Shown here one piece after another: positions 37,035 through 46,984 of a stretch of DNA of 64,000 bases (position 1 is its first letter; each line of letters begins with the position of its first letter). Location of the stretch: positions 58,392 to 122,391 of IMG/VR virus record IMGVR_UViG_3300030085_004825; one strand, written 5' to 3'. The notes below the pieces were generated by a model that saw only the letters and a program-made list of their open reading frames with translations, was not told where the DNA came from and did not search any database. The translations under genes and the position numbers were made by a program. The DNA is from a virus.

Positions 37035-38081
37035 ATGAAACGATTTTTTCCAATATTAATTTTAATAGCAGCTTTAAGTTTAGCAACTGTAGCTGCTTAC
37101 TATAGTGTTTTTGGTATTAGTAAACTATTTTCTTCTCAAGCTAGTGCTGTGATATTAATGGCTGCTATACTTGAGGCCTCTAAACTTATTACTGCTTCTT
37201 ATTTAGAAAGATTTTGGCAAACTATTCATTGGGTAAGAAAAACTTATTTAATTTCTGCTTTAATAGCATTAATGGCTATAACTTCACTTGGAATTTATGG
37301 GTTTTTAGTTTCTGCTTATCAAGAAACTGCATATAAAATGCAAGCAATAGATAAACAAGTTGAAGTAAAAGCTAAAAAACGTGATAGATACCAACAACAA
37401 ATAAAAGATATATCTAAAGAACAAAAAGATATAAACACACAAATAATTGAATTAAGTGAAAGTCTAGGTAATAATGTTATTCAATATACTAATAGTGAAG
37501 GACAACTTATAACCACACAATCCTCAGCAACACGTAAAATTATCCAACAACAATTAGATGTTCAAACATCTAGAAGAGATAGCTTAACTATTAAACAAGA
37601 TATTTTAAATGATAGTATTACAAAATTTGATTTAGATATACTAGATTTAGAAACTAATTCAGAAGTTGCAGCAGAAATTGGACCCTTAAAATATGTTGCT
37701 AGTATTACAGGAAAAGATACTGATCAAGTAGTGAATTGGTTTATATTAGTTTTTATATTTGTTTTTGATCCTTTAGCTGTTATGTTACTTATTTCTGCAA
37801 ATAAAATATTCTATGAAAATTCTAAAAAGAATATTTATGGAGAAAAAAAAACTAAAGTTTTAAAAGAAGAAAAAGTAGAGGTAAAACAGGAGGAGAGTAA
37901 AGCCGAGCGGGTTAAAGCCCCAACTCCCCCCTCTACTATTTCTTCTGAAAAGCAAAAACTTCAAGATGAAATAGCTAAAATTCAAAGATCTGGAGCTTCA
38001 AGTAAAAGAGCAGGACAAGCTATAGAAAATTTACAATCTCAAATAAAAAAAATAGATAATGATAATACTAAAACTTATTAA
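37035..38081 (+). CDS. multi-TM membrane protein with long coiled coil
   Basis: Three N-terminal TMs, coiled coil, EIGPLKY, further TM (FVFDPLA); start moved to ATG 37035. Confidence 0.6.
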   Translation: MKRFFPILILIAALSLATVAAYYSVFGISKLFSSQASAVILMAAILEASKLITASYLERFWQTIHWVRKTYLISALIALMAITSLGIYGFLVSAYQETAYKMQAIDKQVEVKAKKRDRYQQQIKDISKEQKDINTQIIELSESLGNNVIQYTNSEGQLITTQSSATRKIIQQQLDVQTSRRDSLTIKQDILNDSITKFDLDILDLETNSEVAAEIGPLKYVASITGKDTDQVVNWFILVFIFVFDPLAVMLLISANKIFYENSKKNIYGEKKTKVLKEEKVEVKQEESKAERVKAPTPPSTISSEKQKLQDEIAKIQRSGASSKRAGQAIENLQSQIKKIDNDNTKTY

Positions 38082-38087
38082 AATTGT

Positions 38088-38118
38088 TTGTTTTTTTAAA
38101 GGTTATTTATTATATTTA
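38088..38118 (+). promoter_or_regulatory. putative early/middle promoter TTGT-N19-TATATTTA
   Basis: Conserved spacing; upstream of the DpdA-like gene. Confidence 0.55.
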
Positions 38119-38122
38119 GGTT

Positions 38123-38917
38123 ATGAAAAAGGTAAAAATATCTCATGAAGTTCCATTCTGTCTTTTAGAAAAAAGTAAGGAATTTAATGATTATGATTAT
38201 TGTCTTCCTCATTTAATGGATCAAAATGAAGAATATAAAAATTTCTTTTATGAATCTAAAAAACAAGGTAGATATATTGTAATGGATAATTCGTTACATG
38301 AACTAGGTGAAGCATATAACACAGATCGTTTATTACATTGGATTAAAGAAATTCAACCTGATGAATTTATAGTACCTGATGTTTGGGAAAATTATAGTGA
38401 ATCAGTTAGAAATGCTAAATTATGGTCTCAAATTGAATTACCTGAAGGGGTTACAAAAGTAGCAGTAATACAAGCTAAAACAAAACACTATGCGGCATTA
38501 TGTACTCAAGTGTATAAAGATTTAGGATATAAGAAAATAGCATATTCATACGGTGCTTCATATTATAATGATATTTGCCCTCACCCAAATAAAGATTTTG
38601 GTAAAGCAATTGGTAGATATATGGTTATAAATGACTTAATGAAAGATAGAATATTATCTTCAACAGATAGAGTACATTTATTAGGTACTGCTTCCCCAAT
38701 TGAATTTGGATTATATAAAAATATAGAATGTATTGAATCAATAGACACATCAAATCCTATTATGGCATCACTTGAAGGAATTAAGTACCATGACTTAGGG
38801 CTAGATTATAAACCAACAGCTAATATGAATAACTTTCAAGATATTGATATTAAAAATATAAATATGGAATTAGTTAATTTTAATACTAAAGCATTTAAAA
38901 GTATAAATGAACTATAA
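38123..38917 (+). CDS. divergent TGT/DpdA-like transglycosylase (7-deazaguanine insertion into DNA)
   Basis: TGT-barrel-like motifs MDNS, VPD, AVIQ, VHLLG and SIDTS; leads the queC/D/E operon. Confidence 0.6.
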   Translation: MKKVKISHEVPFCLLEKSKEFNDYDYCLPHLMDQNEEYKNFFYESKKQGRYIVMDNSLHELGEAYNTDRLLHWIKEIQPDEFIVPDVWENYSESVRNAKLWSQIELPEGVTKVAVIQAKTKHYAALCTQVYKDLGYKKIAYSYGASYYNDICPHPNKDFGKAIGRYMVINDLMKDRILSSTDRVHLLGTASPIEFGLYKNIECIESIDTSNPIMASLEGIKYHDLGLDYKPTANMNNFQDIDIKNINMELVNFNTKAFKSINEL

Positions 38918-39161
38918 AATAAAACAAATGAAAGAATTTATAAAAAAGAATTCAATTAAAGTATGTACATGGATAGCACTACTATATTTTATTACCTTAT
39001 CCTACTCTGATGCATATATAACAAATGTATATAAACGTGAAAAAATACAACTAGAAGCAGAGTATAATCATCTTTTAGAAAAACAAAAAGAGGCATATGA
39101 AACTATTGTTATGATGAGTGAAAAAATTAATAAACTTGAAAAACAAAACCCAGATGAATAA
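38907..39161 (+). CDS. hypothetical single-TM coiled-coil protein
   Basis: Hydrophobic segment followed by heptads. Confidence 0.45.
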   Translation: MNYKIKQMKEFIKKNSIKVCTWIALLYFITLSYSDAYITNVYKREKIQLEAEYNHLLEKQKEAYETIVMMSEKINKLEKQNPDE

Positions 39162-39315
39162 AACAGCTATAGAACAAGTAAAAGAATATGTTTATAAAAA
39201 TTACCCAGCATATAAAGATAAACAATTAACTATAAAGGAACTTGATAGTCATTTTAGAGTATATAAACACTTAGATGGGTCTCCTTTAATATTAGGTAAA
39301 CAAATAATAAAATAA
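39118..39315 (+). CDS. hypothetical protein (true start probably the internal MNK)
   Basis: Short ORF filling the operon. Confidence 0.4.
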   Translation: MKKLINLKNKTQMNKTAIEQVKEYVYKNYPAYKDKQLTIKELDSHFRVYKHLDGSPLILGKQIIK

Positions 39316-39326
39316 AAATAAAAGTT

Positions 39327-39683
39327 ATGAGTAAAGGTAACATTAAAGTAAGATTTCCTAATGAATCTTTTTATGATGAAATAAACGTAAAAAATGTTAT
39401 AGATTTTAAAATATCTAAAGAATTTGATGATGAAATTTTTGGTTATTTAAACTCTTCCTTTGTAGCTATTAAAAAAGAAGATTATAAAAAACTTAAAACA
39501 AAAGAAATGAATTTAGATAAAAAAATAGAATTTGAAAAATTCCGTGAAGAATGGAAAAAGAATTGGTATGATTACTATCGTTTATTAGATATAGATTTTG
39601 AAGCATTTATGAGAATGAAAGGATTAACAATAGAAGAATATAAACACTTAAATAACGAAGAATTATGGAAAGGCATGTTGTAG
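39327..39683 (+). CDS. hypothetical protein
   Basis: ORF with aaagttATG start context. Confidence 0.45.
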   Translation: MSKGNIKVRFPNESFYDEINVKNVIDFKISKEFDDEIFGYLNSSFVAIKKEDYKKLKTKEMNLDKKIEFEKFREEWKKNWYDYYRLLDIDFEAFMRMKGLTIEEYKHLNNEELWKGML

Positions 39684-40543
39684 TTTCCCTATCTGGAGGA
39701 ATGGACTCCAGTACATTGTTGTTACGTTGTCTAAAAGAATATGACACGGTAACAGCTATTTCATTTGATTATGGACAAAAACATCGAGTTGAATTAGAAC
39801 GCGCTCAATCATTGGTAGATTATCTTAACAGAGAACAAGATTATCAATTATCATATATTGAACCTAAATTTAGTAATATTAAATATCGTCAAATTAAATT
39901 AGATGGTTTAGTTGATTTACTTGATTCTGCATTAGTAGATGGTGGAGATGATGTACCTGAAGGTCATTATGCTGAAGATAATATGAAAGCAACAGTTGTT
40001 CCAAATAGAAACAAAATATTTGCCTCTATTACACAAGCAGTAGCACTGTCTAGAGCAAACCAAACAGGCGAAAATTGTGATATTGCACTTGGTATTCATG
40101 CAGGTGATCATGCTATTTATCCTGATTGTAGACAAGAATTTAGAGATGCAGATGATGCAGCATTTAGAATAGGTAATTGGGATGCTGATAAAGTAGGTTA
40201 TTTTACACCCTATCTTGAAGGTGATAAATTTACTATTCTACAAGATGGAGAAAATTTATGTGATTATTTAGGTCTTGATTTTAATGAAGTTTATAAACGT
40301 ACAAATACAAGTTATAAACCAATCCCAATTAAACAATTTCACCCTATGATAGATTCTATAAAATGGTACTCAGACTATAAATCAGCTTCATCTGTAGAAA
40401 GAGTAGAAGCATTTATTAAATTAGGAAGACCTGACCCTGTAGAATATGCAGATGAAACAGGCCCCGTAGAGTGGGAAACAGCAAGAATATATGTTGAACA
40501 AGTACTCTCAGAGTATGAAAAAGAACAATTTAACGTAAAATAA
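39665..40543 (+). CDS. queC: 7-cyano-7-deazaguanine synthase
   Basis: SGGMDS PP-loop, FDYGQKH, VPNRN and YPDCR motifs. Confidence 0.92.
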   Translation: MERHVVVSLSGGMDSSTLLLRCLKEYDTVTAISFDYGQKHRVELERAQSLVDYLNREQDYQLSYIEPKFSNIKYRQIKLDGLVDLLDSALVDGGDDVPEGHYAEDNMKATVVPNRNKIFASITQAVALSRANQTGENCDIALGIHAGDHAIYPDCRQEFRDADDAAFRIGNWDADKVGYFTPYLEGDKFTILQDGENLCDYLGLDFNEVYKRTNTSYKPIPIKQFHPMIDSIKWYSDYKSASSVERVEAFIKLGRPDPVEYADETGPVEWETARIYVEQVLSEYEKEQFNVK

Positions 40544-41004
40544 TGAAACATCAATCAACTAAAATATTTGATGGATTTAGTACAGTATTCCGTCAATGGA
40601 GAGCAAAAGAAACACATTGTAGTTATTTACATGGATATGGAGTATCATTTAAAGTAACATTTGAAGGTCAACTTGATCATAGGAATTGGGTTTGGGATTT
40701 TGGTGGTATGAAAAGAGCTAAAACCCAAATTGATGGTATGTCCCCTAAAGCTTGGATGGACTATATGTTTGATCATACATTAATTGCAGCAAATGATGAC
40801 CCAGAATTAGATTCATTTAGAATGATGGATGCACAAGGATTAATTCAATTAAGAATAATAGATGATACTGGTGCAGAAAAATTTGCTGAGTATATTTATA
40901 ATAAGTTAAATAGTTTTGTTGAAGAAGAAACAGATGGTAGAGTAAGAGTTACACAAGTTGAATTTATGGAACATGGAAAAAATACAGCAATTTATGGAGA
41001 ATAA
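40543..41004 (+). CDS. queD: 6-carboxytetrahydropterin synthase
   Basis: HC..LHGY, DFG, FDH and GAE motifs. Confidence 0.88.
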   Translation: MKHQSTKIFDGFSTVFRQWRAKETHCSYLHGYGVSFKVTFEGQLDHRNWVWDFGGMKRAKTQIDGMSPKAWMDYMFDHTLIAANDDPELDSFRMMDAQGLIQLRIIDDTGAEKFAEYIYNKLNSFVEEETDGRVRVTQVEFMEHGKNTAIYGE

Positions 41005-41066
41005 TTACTGGTATGTAACAACAACCTATAATAATTTTAAATTTAAATACGTTTTAGTAAAATAAT

Positions 41067-41852
41067 ATGGAAAAACCTTTAGGAAGAATAAAAGACTATG
41101 ATAAAAGATTACCTGTACTAGAACTATACAGATGTGTTCAATCTGAAGGGAGTAGATTTGGTAGACCAACTATAGCAGTTAGAACAACTGGATGCACACA
41201 TAGGTGTTATTTTGGAGAAGAAGGAGGATGGTGTGATAGTTGGTATACTAGTATACACCCAGAAAAAGGAACATTTAATTTTAATGATATTATTAAAATA
41301 TATGATGAAAATCCTCATGTAAAAGAAATGATGTTAACAGGTGGTTCACCTACAATGCATCCTGCATTAGTAAATGAATTAACTCATTTTGCAAATCAAA
41401 GAGGTATTCTTATTACTATTGAAACTGAAGGTTCTCATTTTCTTAAAACTGATTTTCCATTAGGTCTAATTTCTTTATCCCCTAAATTTTCTAATTCTGT
41501 TCCTAAAATAGGTGCTTTAACACCTAATGGAAAAGAAACAGATGAAAGAATGATTAAGCAACATAATAAATTAAGATTAAATTATAGTGCTATTAGAAAA
41601 ACATTAGACTATCACACTGATTATCATTATAAACCAGTTTGGGATGGTACTGATGAATGTTTAAAAGAAATAGAAGATTTTAGAATTAAAATGGAAATTC
41701 CAAAGCATAAAACTTTTATAATGCCTGCAGGTGATACAAGAAAAGAATTAATTAAAATGTACCCTTTAGTATTTGATTTATGTGCTGAACATGGTTATAA
41801 TTTAACAGGTAGAGACCATATAATAGCCTTTGATACAGAACGAGGAGTATAA
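41067..41852 (+). CDS. queE: 7-carboxy-7-deazaguanine synthase (radical SAM)
   Basis: QSEG..G, GCTHRC...WCDS, LTGGSP, IETEG and SPK motifs. Confidence 0.88.
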   Translation: MEKPLGRIKDYDKRLPVLELYRCVQSEGSRFGRPTIAVRTTGCTHRCYFGEEGGWCDSWYTSIHPEKGTFNFNDIIKIYDENPHVKEMMLTGGSPTMHPALVNELTHFANQRGILITIETEGSHFLKTDFPLGLISLSPKFSNSVPKIGALTPNGKETDERMIKQHNKLRLNYSAIRKTLDYHTDYHYKPVWDGTDECLKEIEDFRIKMEIPKHKTFIMPAGDTRKELIKMYPLVFDLCAEHGYNLTGRDHIIAFDTERGV

Positions 41853-41863
41853 AAATATAAAAA

Positions 41864-42211
41864 ATGTTTGAATATAATGCAACAGTAATAAAAGTAGTTG
41901 ATGGTGATACTATTGACGCTATGGTAGATTTAGGATTTAGTACTTTTAAAAAAGTAAGAATTAGAATGCATGGTATAAATGCACCTGAATCTCGTACTAG
42001 AGACTTAGAAGAAAAGAAAAAAGGATTAGCTGCAAAAGCTAGACTAATCGAACTTCTCGAAAATAATGATAACGAATTTATATTGATATCACATGGAGTT
42101 GGTAAATTTGGAAGATGTTTAGGAGATATCCGTAATGTTAACAACGAATCAATCAATAAGCAATTAATAACTGAAGGCCATGGAACAGAATACTATGGTG
42201 GTAAAAGGTAA
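41864..42211 (+). CDS. thermonuclease (SNase-like)
   Basis: VVDGDTID, RIRMHGINAPE and KFGRCLG motifs. Confidence 0.85.
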   Translation: MFEYNATVIKVVDGDTIDAMVDLGFSTFKKVRIRMHGINAPESRTRDLEEKKKGLAAKARLIELLENNDNEFILISHGVGKFGRCLGDIRNVNNESINKQLITEGHGTEYYGGKR

Positions 42212-42254
42212 CTAAATATCTTTAAAACTTTATAGCATATTAGTTTTTTTTTCA

Positions 42255-42262
42255 TATTTATA
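42255..42262 (+). promoter_or_regulatory. putative late promoter TATTTATA
   Basis: Heads the 42276-51112 island. Confidence 0.6.
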
Positions 42263-42275
42263 ATAAAAAAGACTA

Positions 42276-43259
42276 ATGGCTTATACTTTTAAAACTAGAG
42301 CTTTTGGACCTAACGCTAAAGGTGATACTTTATCTTTTGAAGAATTAGACGACAGTTTACTCTTCCTTTCAGAATCCATAGCTAATAACCTTACTTCTTC
42401 TATTAATAGAGGTAAAAATTTTATATTAGTAGATTCTGATAACTCTCCTGAACTTAATGCTTTAAACCTTTCATCTTCTTATGTTGAAGCTAAATCTCTT
42501 TCCCCTTCTATTAATAATAGAGTTTCTGTTTTAATAACCCCTGGTAAATATTCTTTTTCTTCTGAATTTAAAGTTGATACACAATATATTGATTTAGTTT
42601 CTTTAACTGGAGATTGTGATGTTTTTATAACTGGGAGTAATACTTTAAATGTTACTGCTAATGATGTTTATCTAAGAGGAATTGATGTTTACACTAAAAA
42701 TTTTACTATAGGAGATAATTTAAATTCTCTTAAAATGAAAAGTTGTAAAGGAGGAGCTAACAGTTTTGGTGGAGCTACTGATCCCATTATAGGAGCTACT
42801 GCTTCTATAGGTACTTTAGTAACAGGAAAATTTATTGATTGTGAAGGAGGAGATAATAGCTTTGGTGGTAATGGTTTAGCTTATGGAACTTTTTTAGATT
42901 GTATAGGAGGAGATGGTTCATTTGGATTTGATTGTAATGGTACTTTTGAAAATTGCACAGGAGGAAATTGGAGTTTTGCTGGAGAACATAATATTGAAGG
43001 AGGAAGTTTTAAAAATTGTACTGGAAAAGAAAACAGTTTTGCTTCTATAGGAGATATAAAAGTTGGTTCTACTTTAGAAGATTGTACTGGAGAAAAAGAT
43101 AGTTTTGCATCTAGCCCTACTTCTAACATTGAAGGTAACCTTATTAAATGTATTTTAACCTCAGGCAGCTTTAGTGAAGTTAATATTATAAATTCTGGTA
43201 GTTTTACTTTATGTATTAATGAAGAAAATAAAGTCCAAACAACTAATACAACAACATAA
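42276..43259 (+). CDS. virion fibre/spike-like beta-helix protein
   Basis: N-terminal KG..LS.EELD anchor-type motif; repeated F.xC.GG..SF[GA] units. Confidence 0.55.
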   Translation: MAYTFKTRAFGPNAKGDTLSFEELDDSLLFLSESIANNLTSSINRGKNFILVDSDNSPELNALNLSSSYVEAKSLSPSINNRVSVLITPGKYSFSSEFKVDTQYIDLVSLTGDCDVFITGSNTLNVTANDVYLRGIDVYTKNFTIGDNLNSLKMKSCKGGANSFGGATDPIIGATASIGTLVTGKFIDCEGGDNSFGGNGLAYGTFLDCIGGDGSFGFDCNGTFENCTGGNWSFAGEHNIEGGSFKNCTGKENSFASIGDIKVGSTLEDCTGEKDSFASSPTSNIEGNLIKCILTSGSFSEVNIINSGSFTLCINEENKVQTTNTTT

Positions 43260-43271
43260 TAAAATAAAAAC

Positions 43272-46200
43272 ATGATAAATTATTCATTTGTAGGATACGA
43301 CATTGTAAATGATAGAATATTTTTTAAAGGCACCCCCACACCAGGCACAAAAGATCTATTCCAAGGAGAAAATCTTCAAACTTCTGTAGCTGCTGATATT
43401 CTTTTTAATTATGAAGATCAAGAAAATGAAACAATAGAAGATTCTACAACTATATCTTTTCTTAAGAGTCTTTTAACTGATTTTAGTATAACAGCTACAA
43501 AATCTGTTGATTTTAGAATAGAAATAGAAGACTTAACTTCTATCTCAAATATATCTATAATAGCTGAAAATTTAGATAAAACTAAGTCTTATGTTAACAC
43601 AGGAACTGTTACATTTGCTAAAATTTCACAATTAATTGATATTCTTAAACCAAAACCTAAATGGAAAACAATGGGCAAATGCCGAAATTGTTTAGTTGTA
43701 AATTTCCTTTCAGGATCAAATAATTATAATTTAGAAGGAAGTATAAATGGAGAACATATAGGAGATTATAATTTTAACCAAAAAAGATATGAATTTGATT
43801 TAATTGATTATACTAACCCATCTCTCCCAACTATTACACCTTATTATATTTATTGGCGCCCTAATATTACTACTTCTTTTACAGATTATGCAGGCACTAG
43901 TAGAAGTATTAGTAATGAACATAAATGGATAGCTATACCCCAAGCAGATTTTCCTACTAATATAAATACTACTAGTAGTTTTTATCATGTTCAATCTATG
44001 TTTTCTGCTTCTTGTCCTTATAGCACAGAAGTACCTAATTCAACATGGTATAACTTTTTTGGTGAAAAAGGATTTTTTAGGTTAAGTTTAGCAGCCCCAA
44101 CTTCTCCTATCCTTGGCCCAAATGATTCTAAAGAATGCCCTGAATACAGTCCTTCACCTGCTGGAGGATGGGGATTTAATTGTGGTGGTGATGGAAATTG
44201 TGTTGGAGCCCCTTCAGGATCTGTAGGAACATATGCTACTTTAGCTGAATGTGAAGTTAGCTGTAGTGTAGAAAGTACTGGAAGTTTTGGTTTTAATTGT
44301 ACACCTAATGGATGTGTTGAAGGATCAGCTGGCAATACTGGTAGTTTTGCAACTTTACAAGAATGTTTAGATAGTAATTGTAATACCCCAACTATACTTT
44401 TCCCTACCACATGTTCTGAATGTGTTGAAGGAGAAAATACAATATTAAATGGAGACTTTTCAGATGGGCTTAATAACTGGGTAATCCCACCTATGCCATC
44501 ACCAGCAGGAAACATAACTTCTGCTGGGCAAACTTTATCTGCTGCTCCTAACACTACTTTTACAGGATCTACTCCTAATATAAGTTCTTCTCTTTTTGCA
44601 CAACAAGAAGGATTATTCTCAGAAAAATGTAATTATACTGTATGTCTAGAAGCTTGGAACCCAGTAGGAGAATGTGAAATTGTAGTAGATGTAGGAGGTT
44701 CTACTCAATATCTAATATCAGATATGTTTACTACTCCTCAAGCTTATACTTTTACTTTTCAAGCAGGTGGTGATTTCCCTCTTACTTTATATATGGCAGG
44801 TTCAGGTAGATTGAATGTAGATAATGTGTCAGTATGTTTGGATTATTGCCCTCCTGGATTTGAACCACCAGGAGAAAGTTGTATTATATCTGCTTCTGCA
44901 GATTGCTATGTAGACATAGATTATGGATGTATTTGTCCTGATGGGTTTATACCTGATGTAAATAGTCCTGGTAATTGTATACAAAGTGGATCTTTTACTG
45001 TTCCTAAACTTGTAACAGGTATAGAAGTAACTGCTCCTCTAGAAGGAGACCACCGATGGGGGCCTCTTAAACCTAGTCTTTATTATAATTTTAGAATAGG
45101 GGGAGATGCAGGAAGTGTAACTGGTTCTACTTCACCATTTCAAGGAAATAGTAGAGTATACAACACACAGTTTGATTTTGATATCCTTTCAGCTAGTTTT
45201 TGGAATGAAAATGCATGGTCTGAAGATTCTTTCATGAATCAGTTTATGAGAAATATTGGTGCTCTTCCCATTGGTTACTATGGAGGAGGTAATTTTATAA
45301 ACTTAGCAACTTCAGGTACTTATCATGTAGCTTTAGCAGCAGATGATACTTTTAGAGTAAAAGTAGATGATGTTACTGTAGTTGATTTATCTCAATCCCC
45401 TGGTAATTTTAGTCTCTACCAAAAACAGCAATTTAATGCTAGAACTCCTTTAGGTCCAAATGCAAATATACCTGTACAATCCGCAGAAGATTATGATGGT
45501 AATATTATTTATCTCCCTACAGAAAATAGTAATCTAATTGATATTAATCTAGGTGCTGGTAATGGTTATGAAAATACTTATGGTTATAGATCTTTTAATA
45601 TCTACCCTATAACAATGTCAGCTGGATGCCATAAAATAACAATAGAAGGATCAGATATAGGAGGTACAGCTGCTGGATTTGGTGGAGTTATATTTAATAA
45701 CACAGCACAAGAAATTGTAGATGCTGAAAGTTTAGATGATTTAAATGATATATTTAATACACGAGATAATTTAATTTTTGATCTTGCCCTTACCTCATCT
45801 ATTACAGCTTCTTGCCCTGAAGGGACTATTGCTTTAGGTACAGGATCTTGTGATTTATGTGTTACATCAGGTTCTATGTCTACCCCATGTGGTGATTGTA
45901 TAGAATGCCCTCATGGAATACTATATAATGGCTATGTAGTAGATGAAGGAGGACCTACTTTATTAGGAAGAGGAACAGGAGGAGTAGTAAATACAGATAG
46001 CTCAGGGTCTTGGACTATTCCTGATGAAACAGCTTGGGAAACACTTATAACTTTTTTAAATGATAATACTGCTCCTACCCAAACAAATGGTGCTTTAGAT
46101 GTAATATCAGGAGGAAAAATGAAAGACTATACTCGAGATTTAGATGCTTCCTGTTGGGCTTTTCCAAATGTAGGAGCTCAAACTGATAATAATAGTAGTG

Positions 46201-46967
46201 GATGGGCTGGAGTTGCTGGTGGTCAACGTACACCTTTAGGTGTTTTTGATGAATTAGGATTTAGTGGATATTGGTGGAGTGCAAATTCAATTACTCCTTC
46301 TTCTACTACAATGAAAGCTATACAATTAAAATATTATTCTGATGATGTATTTAAAGAAACTTACACTAAAAATGCAGGATTCTCTATTAGATTAGTAAGA
46401 CCTTCCCAATCAGGAGAACTTAATGGAGACTACATCCCAGACGCATATACAGGAAATAATGGTCTTATATATGATGGTATTGTTATAGGTAGTCAAGTTT
46501 GGATAGATAGAAATCTAACAGAAACTTTATATAATTCAGGTAGTGCTCCTATTCTGAATCAAAATGATCAAGGACTTTGGAATTTAGCTACTAATGGGTC
46601 AAACGATTATAGATGCTTTTACAATAATGATTCTAGTTTTACTAGTAGTATTGTAGGTAATGTTGATCCACAAACAAATTTATGTTACCAATATCCTATT
46701 AATTATATATACCAAGAATGTAATAATAATAATATATTAATCCAAACAGAATCTGGCTCTTCTACAGCATTAAATAGTATACAAAAATCCCCAATTGATG
46801 GAAAATGTTGGAAATTAATCCAATCAGGATCAGATAATTCTTCTATAGCTGCTAATATTTTCTACCAAGGAAACTATTTCTCAGGTAGTAATCATATTTA
46901 TAGTGATTGTGATGAATGTAATGCTATACATACTATATACATGAGCTTTGAAACTAAAAACTGTTAA
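43272..46967 (+). CDS. large Cys-rich multidomain protein (CBM-like, PA14-like and FISUMP-like domains)
   Basis: ILNGDFS..L.NW; AADD.FRV.VDD..GCHKI; FISUMP motifs; duplicated GFNC...ATL.EC unit. Confidence 0.6.
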   Translation: MINYSFVGYDIVNDRIFFKGTPTPGTKDLFQGENLQTSVAADILFNYEDQENETIEDSTTISFLKSLLTDFSITATKSVDFRIEIEDLTSISNISIIAENLDKTKSYVNTGTVTFAKISQLIDILKPKPKWKTMGKCRNCLVVNFLSGSNNYNLEGSINGEHIGDYNFNQKRYEFDLIDYTNPSLPTITPYYIYWRPNITTSFTDYAGTSRSISNEHKWIAIPQADFPTNINTTSSFYHVQSMFSASCPYSTEVPNSTWYNFFGEKGFFRLSLAAPTSPILGPNDSKECPEYSPSPAGGWGFNCGGDGNCVGAPSGSVGTYATLAECEVSCSVESTGSFGFNCTPNGCVEGSAGNTGSFATLQECLDSNCNTPTILFPTTCSECVEGENTILNGDFSDGLNNWVIPPMPSPAGNITSAGQTLSAAPNTTFTGSTPNISSSLFAQQEGLFSEKCNYTVCLEAWNPVGECEIVVDVGGSTQYLISDMFTTPQAYTFTFQAGGDFPLTLYMAGSGRLNVDNVSVCLDYCPPGFEPPGESCIISASADCYVDIDYGCICPDGFIPDVNSPGNCIQSGSFTVPKLVTGIEVTAPLEGDHRWGPLKPSLYYNFRIGGDAGSVTGSTSPFQGNSRVYNTQFDFDILSASFWNENAWSEDSFMNQFMRNIGALPIGYYGGGNFINLATSGTYHVALAADDTFRVKVDDVTVVDLSQSPGNFSLYQKQQFNARTPLGPNANIPVQSAEDYDGNIIYLPTENSNLIDINLGAGNGYENTYGYRSFNIYPITMSAGCHKITIEGSDIGGTAAGFGGVIFNNTAQEIVDAESLDDLNDIFNTRDNLIFDLALTSSITASCPEGTIALGTGSCDLCVTSGSMSTPCGDCIECPHGILYNGYVVDEGGPTLLGRGTGGVVNTDSSGSWTIPDETAWETLITFLNDNTAPTQTNGALDVISGGKMKDYTRDLDASCWAFPNVGAQTDNNSSGWAGVAGGQRTPLGVFDELGFSGYWWSANSITPSSTTMKAIQLKYYSDDVFKETYTKNAGFSIRLVRPSQSGELNGDYIPDAYTGNNGLIYDGIVIGSQVWIDRNLTETLYNSGSAPILNQNDQGLWNLATNGSNDYRCFYNNDSSFTSSIVGNVDPQTNLCYQYPINYIYQECNNNNILIQTESGSSTALNSIQKSPIDGKCWKLIQSGSDNSSIAANIFYQGNYFSGSNHIYSDCDECNAIHTIYMSFETKNC

Positions 46968-46984
46968 TAAAAAAATAAAAATAA

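Noticed and set aside
39665-41852. Host tRNA queuosine biosynthesis operon
   Set aside because: Phage context, no queF or queA in the window, and a short divergent TGT-like gene favour DNA modification, though this is not proven.
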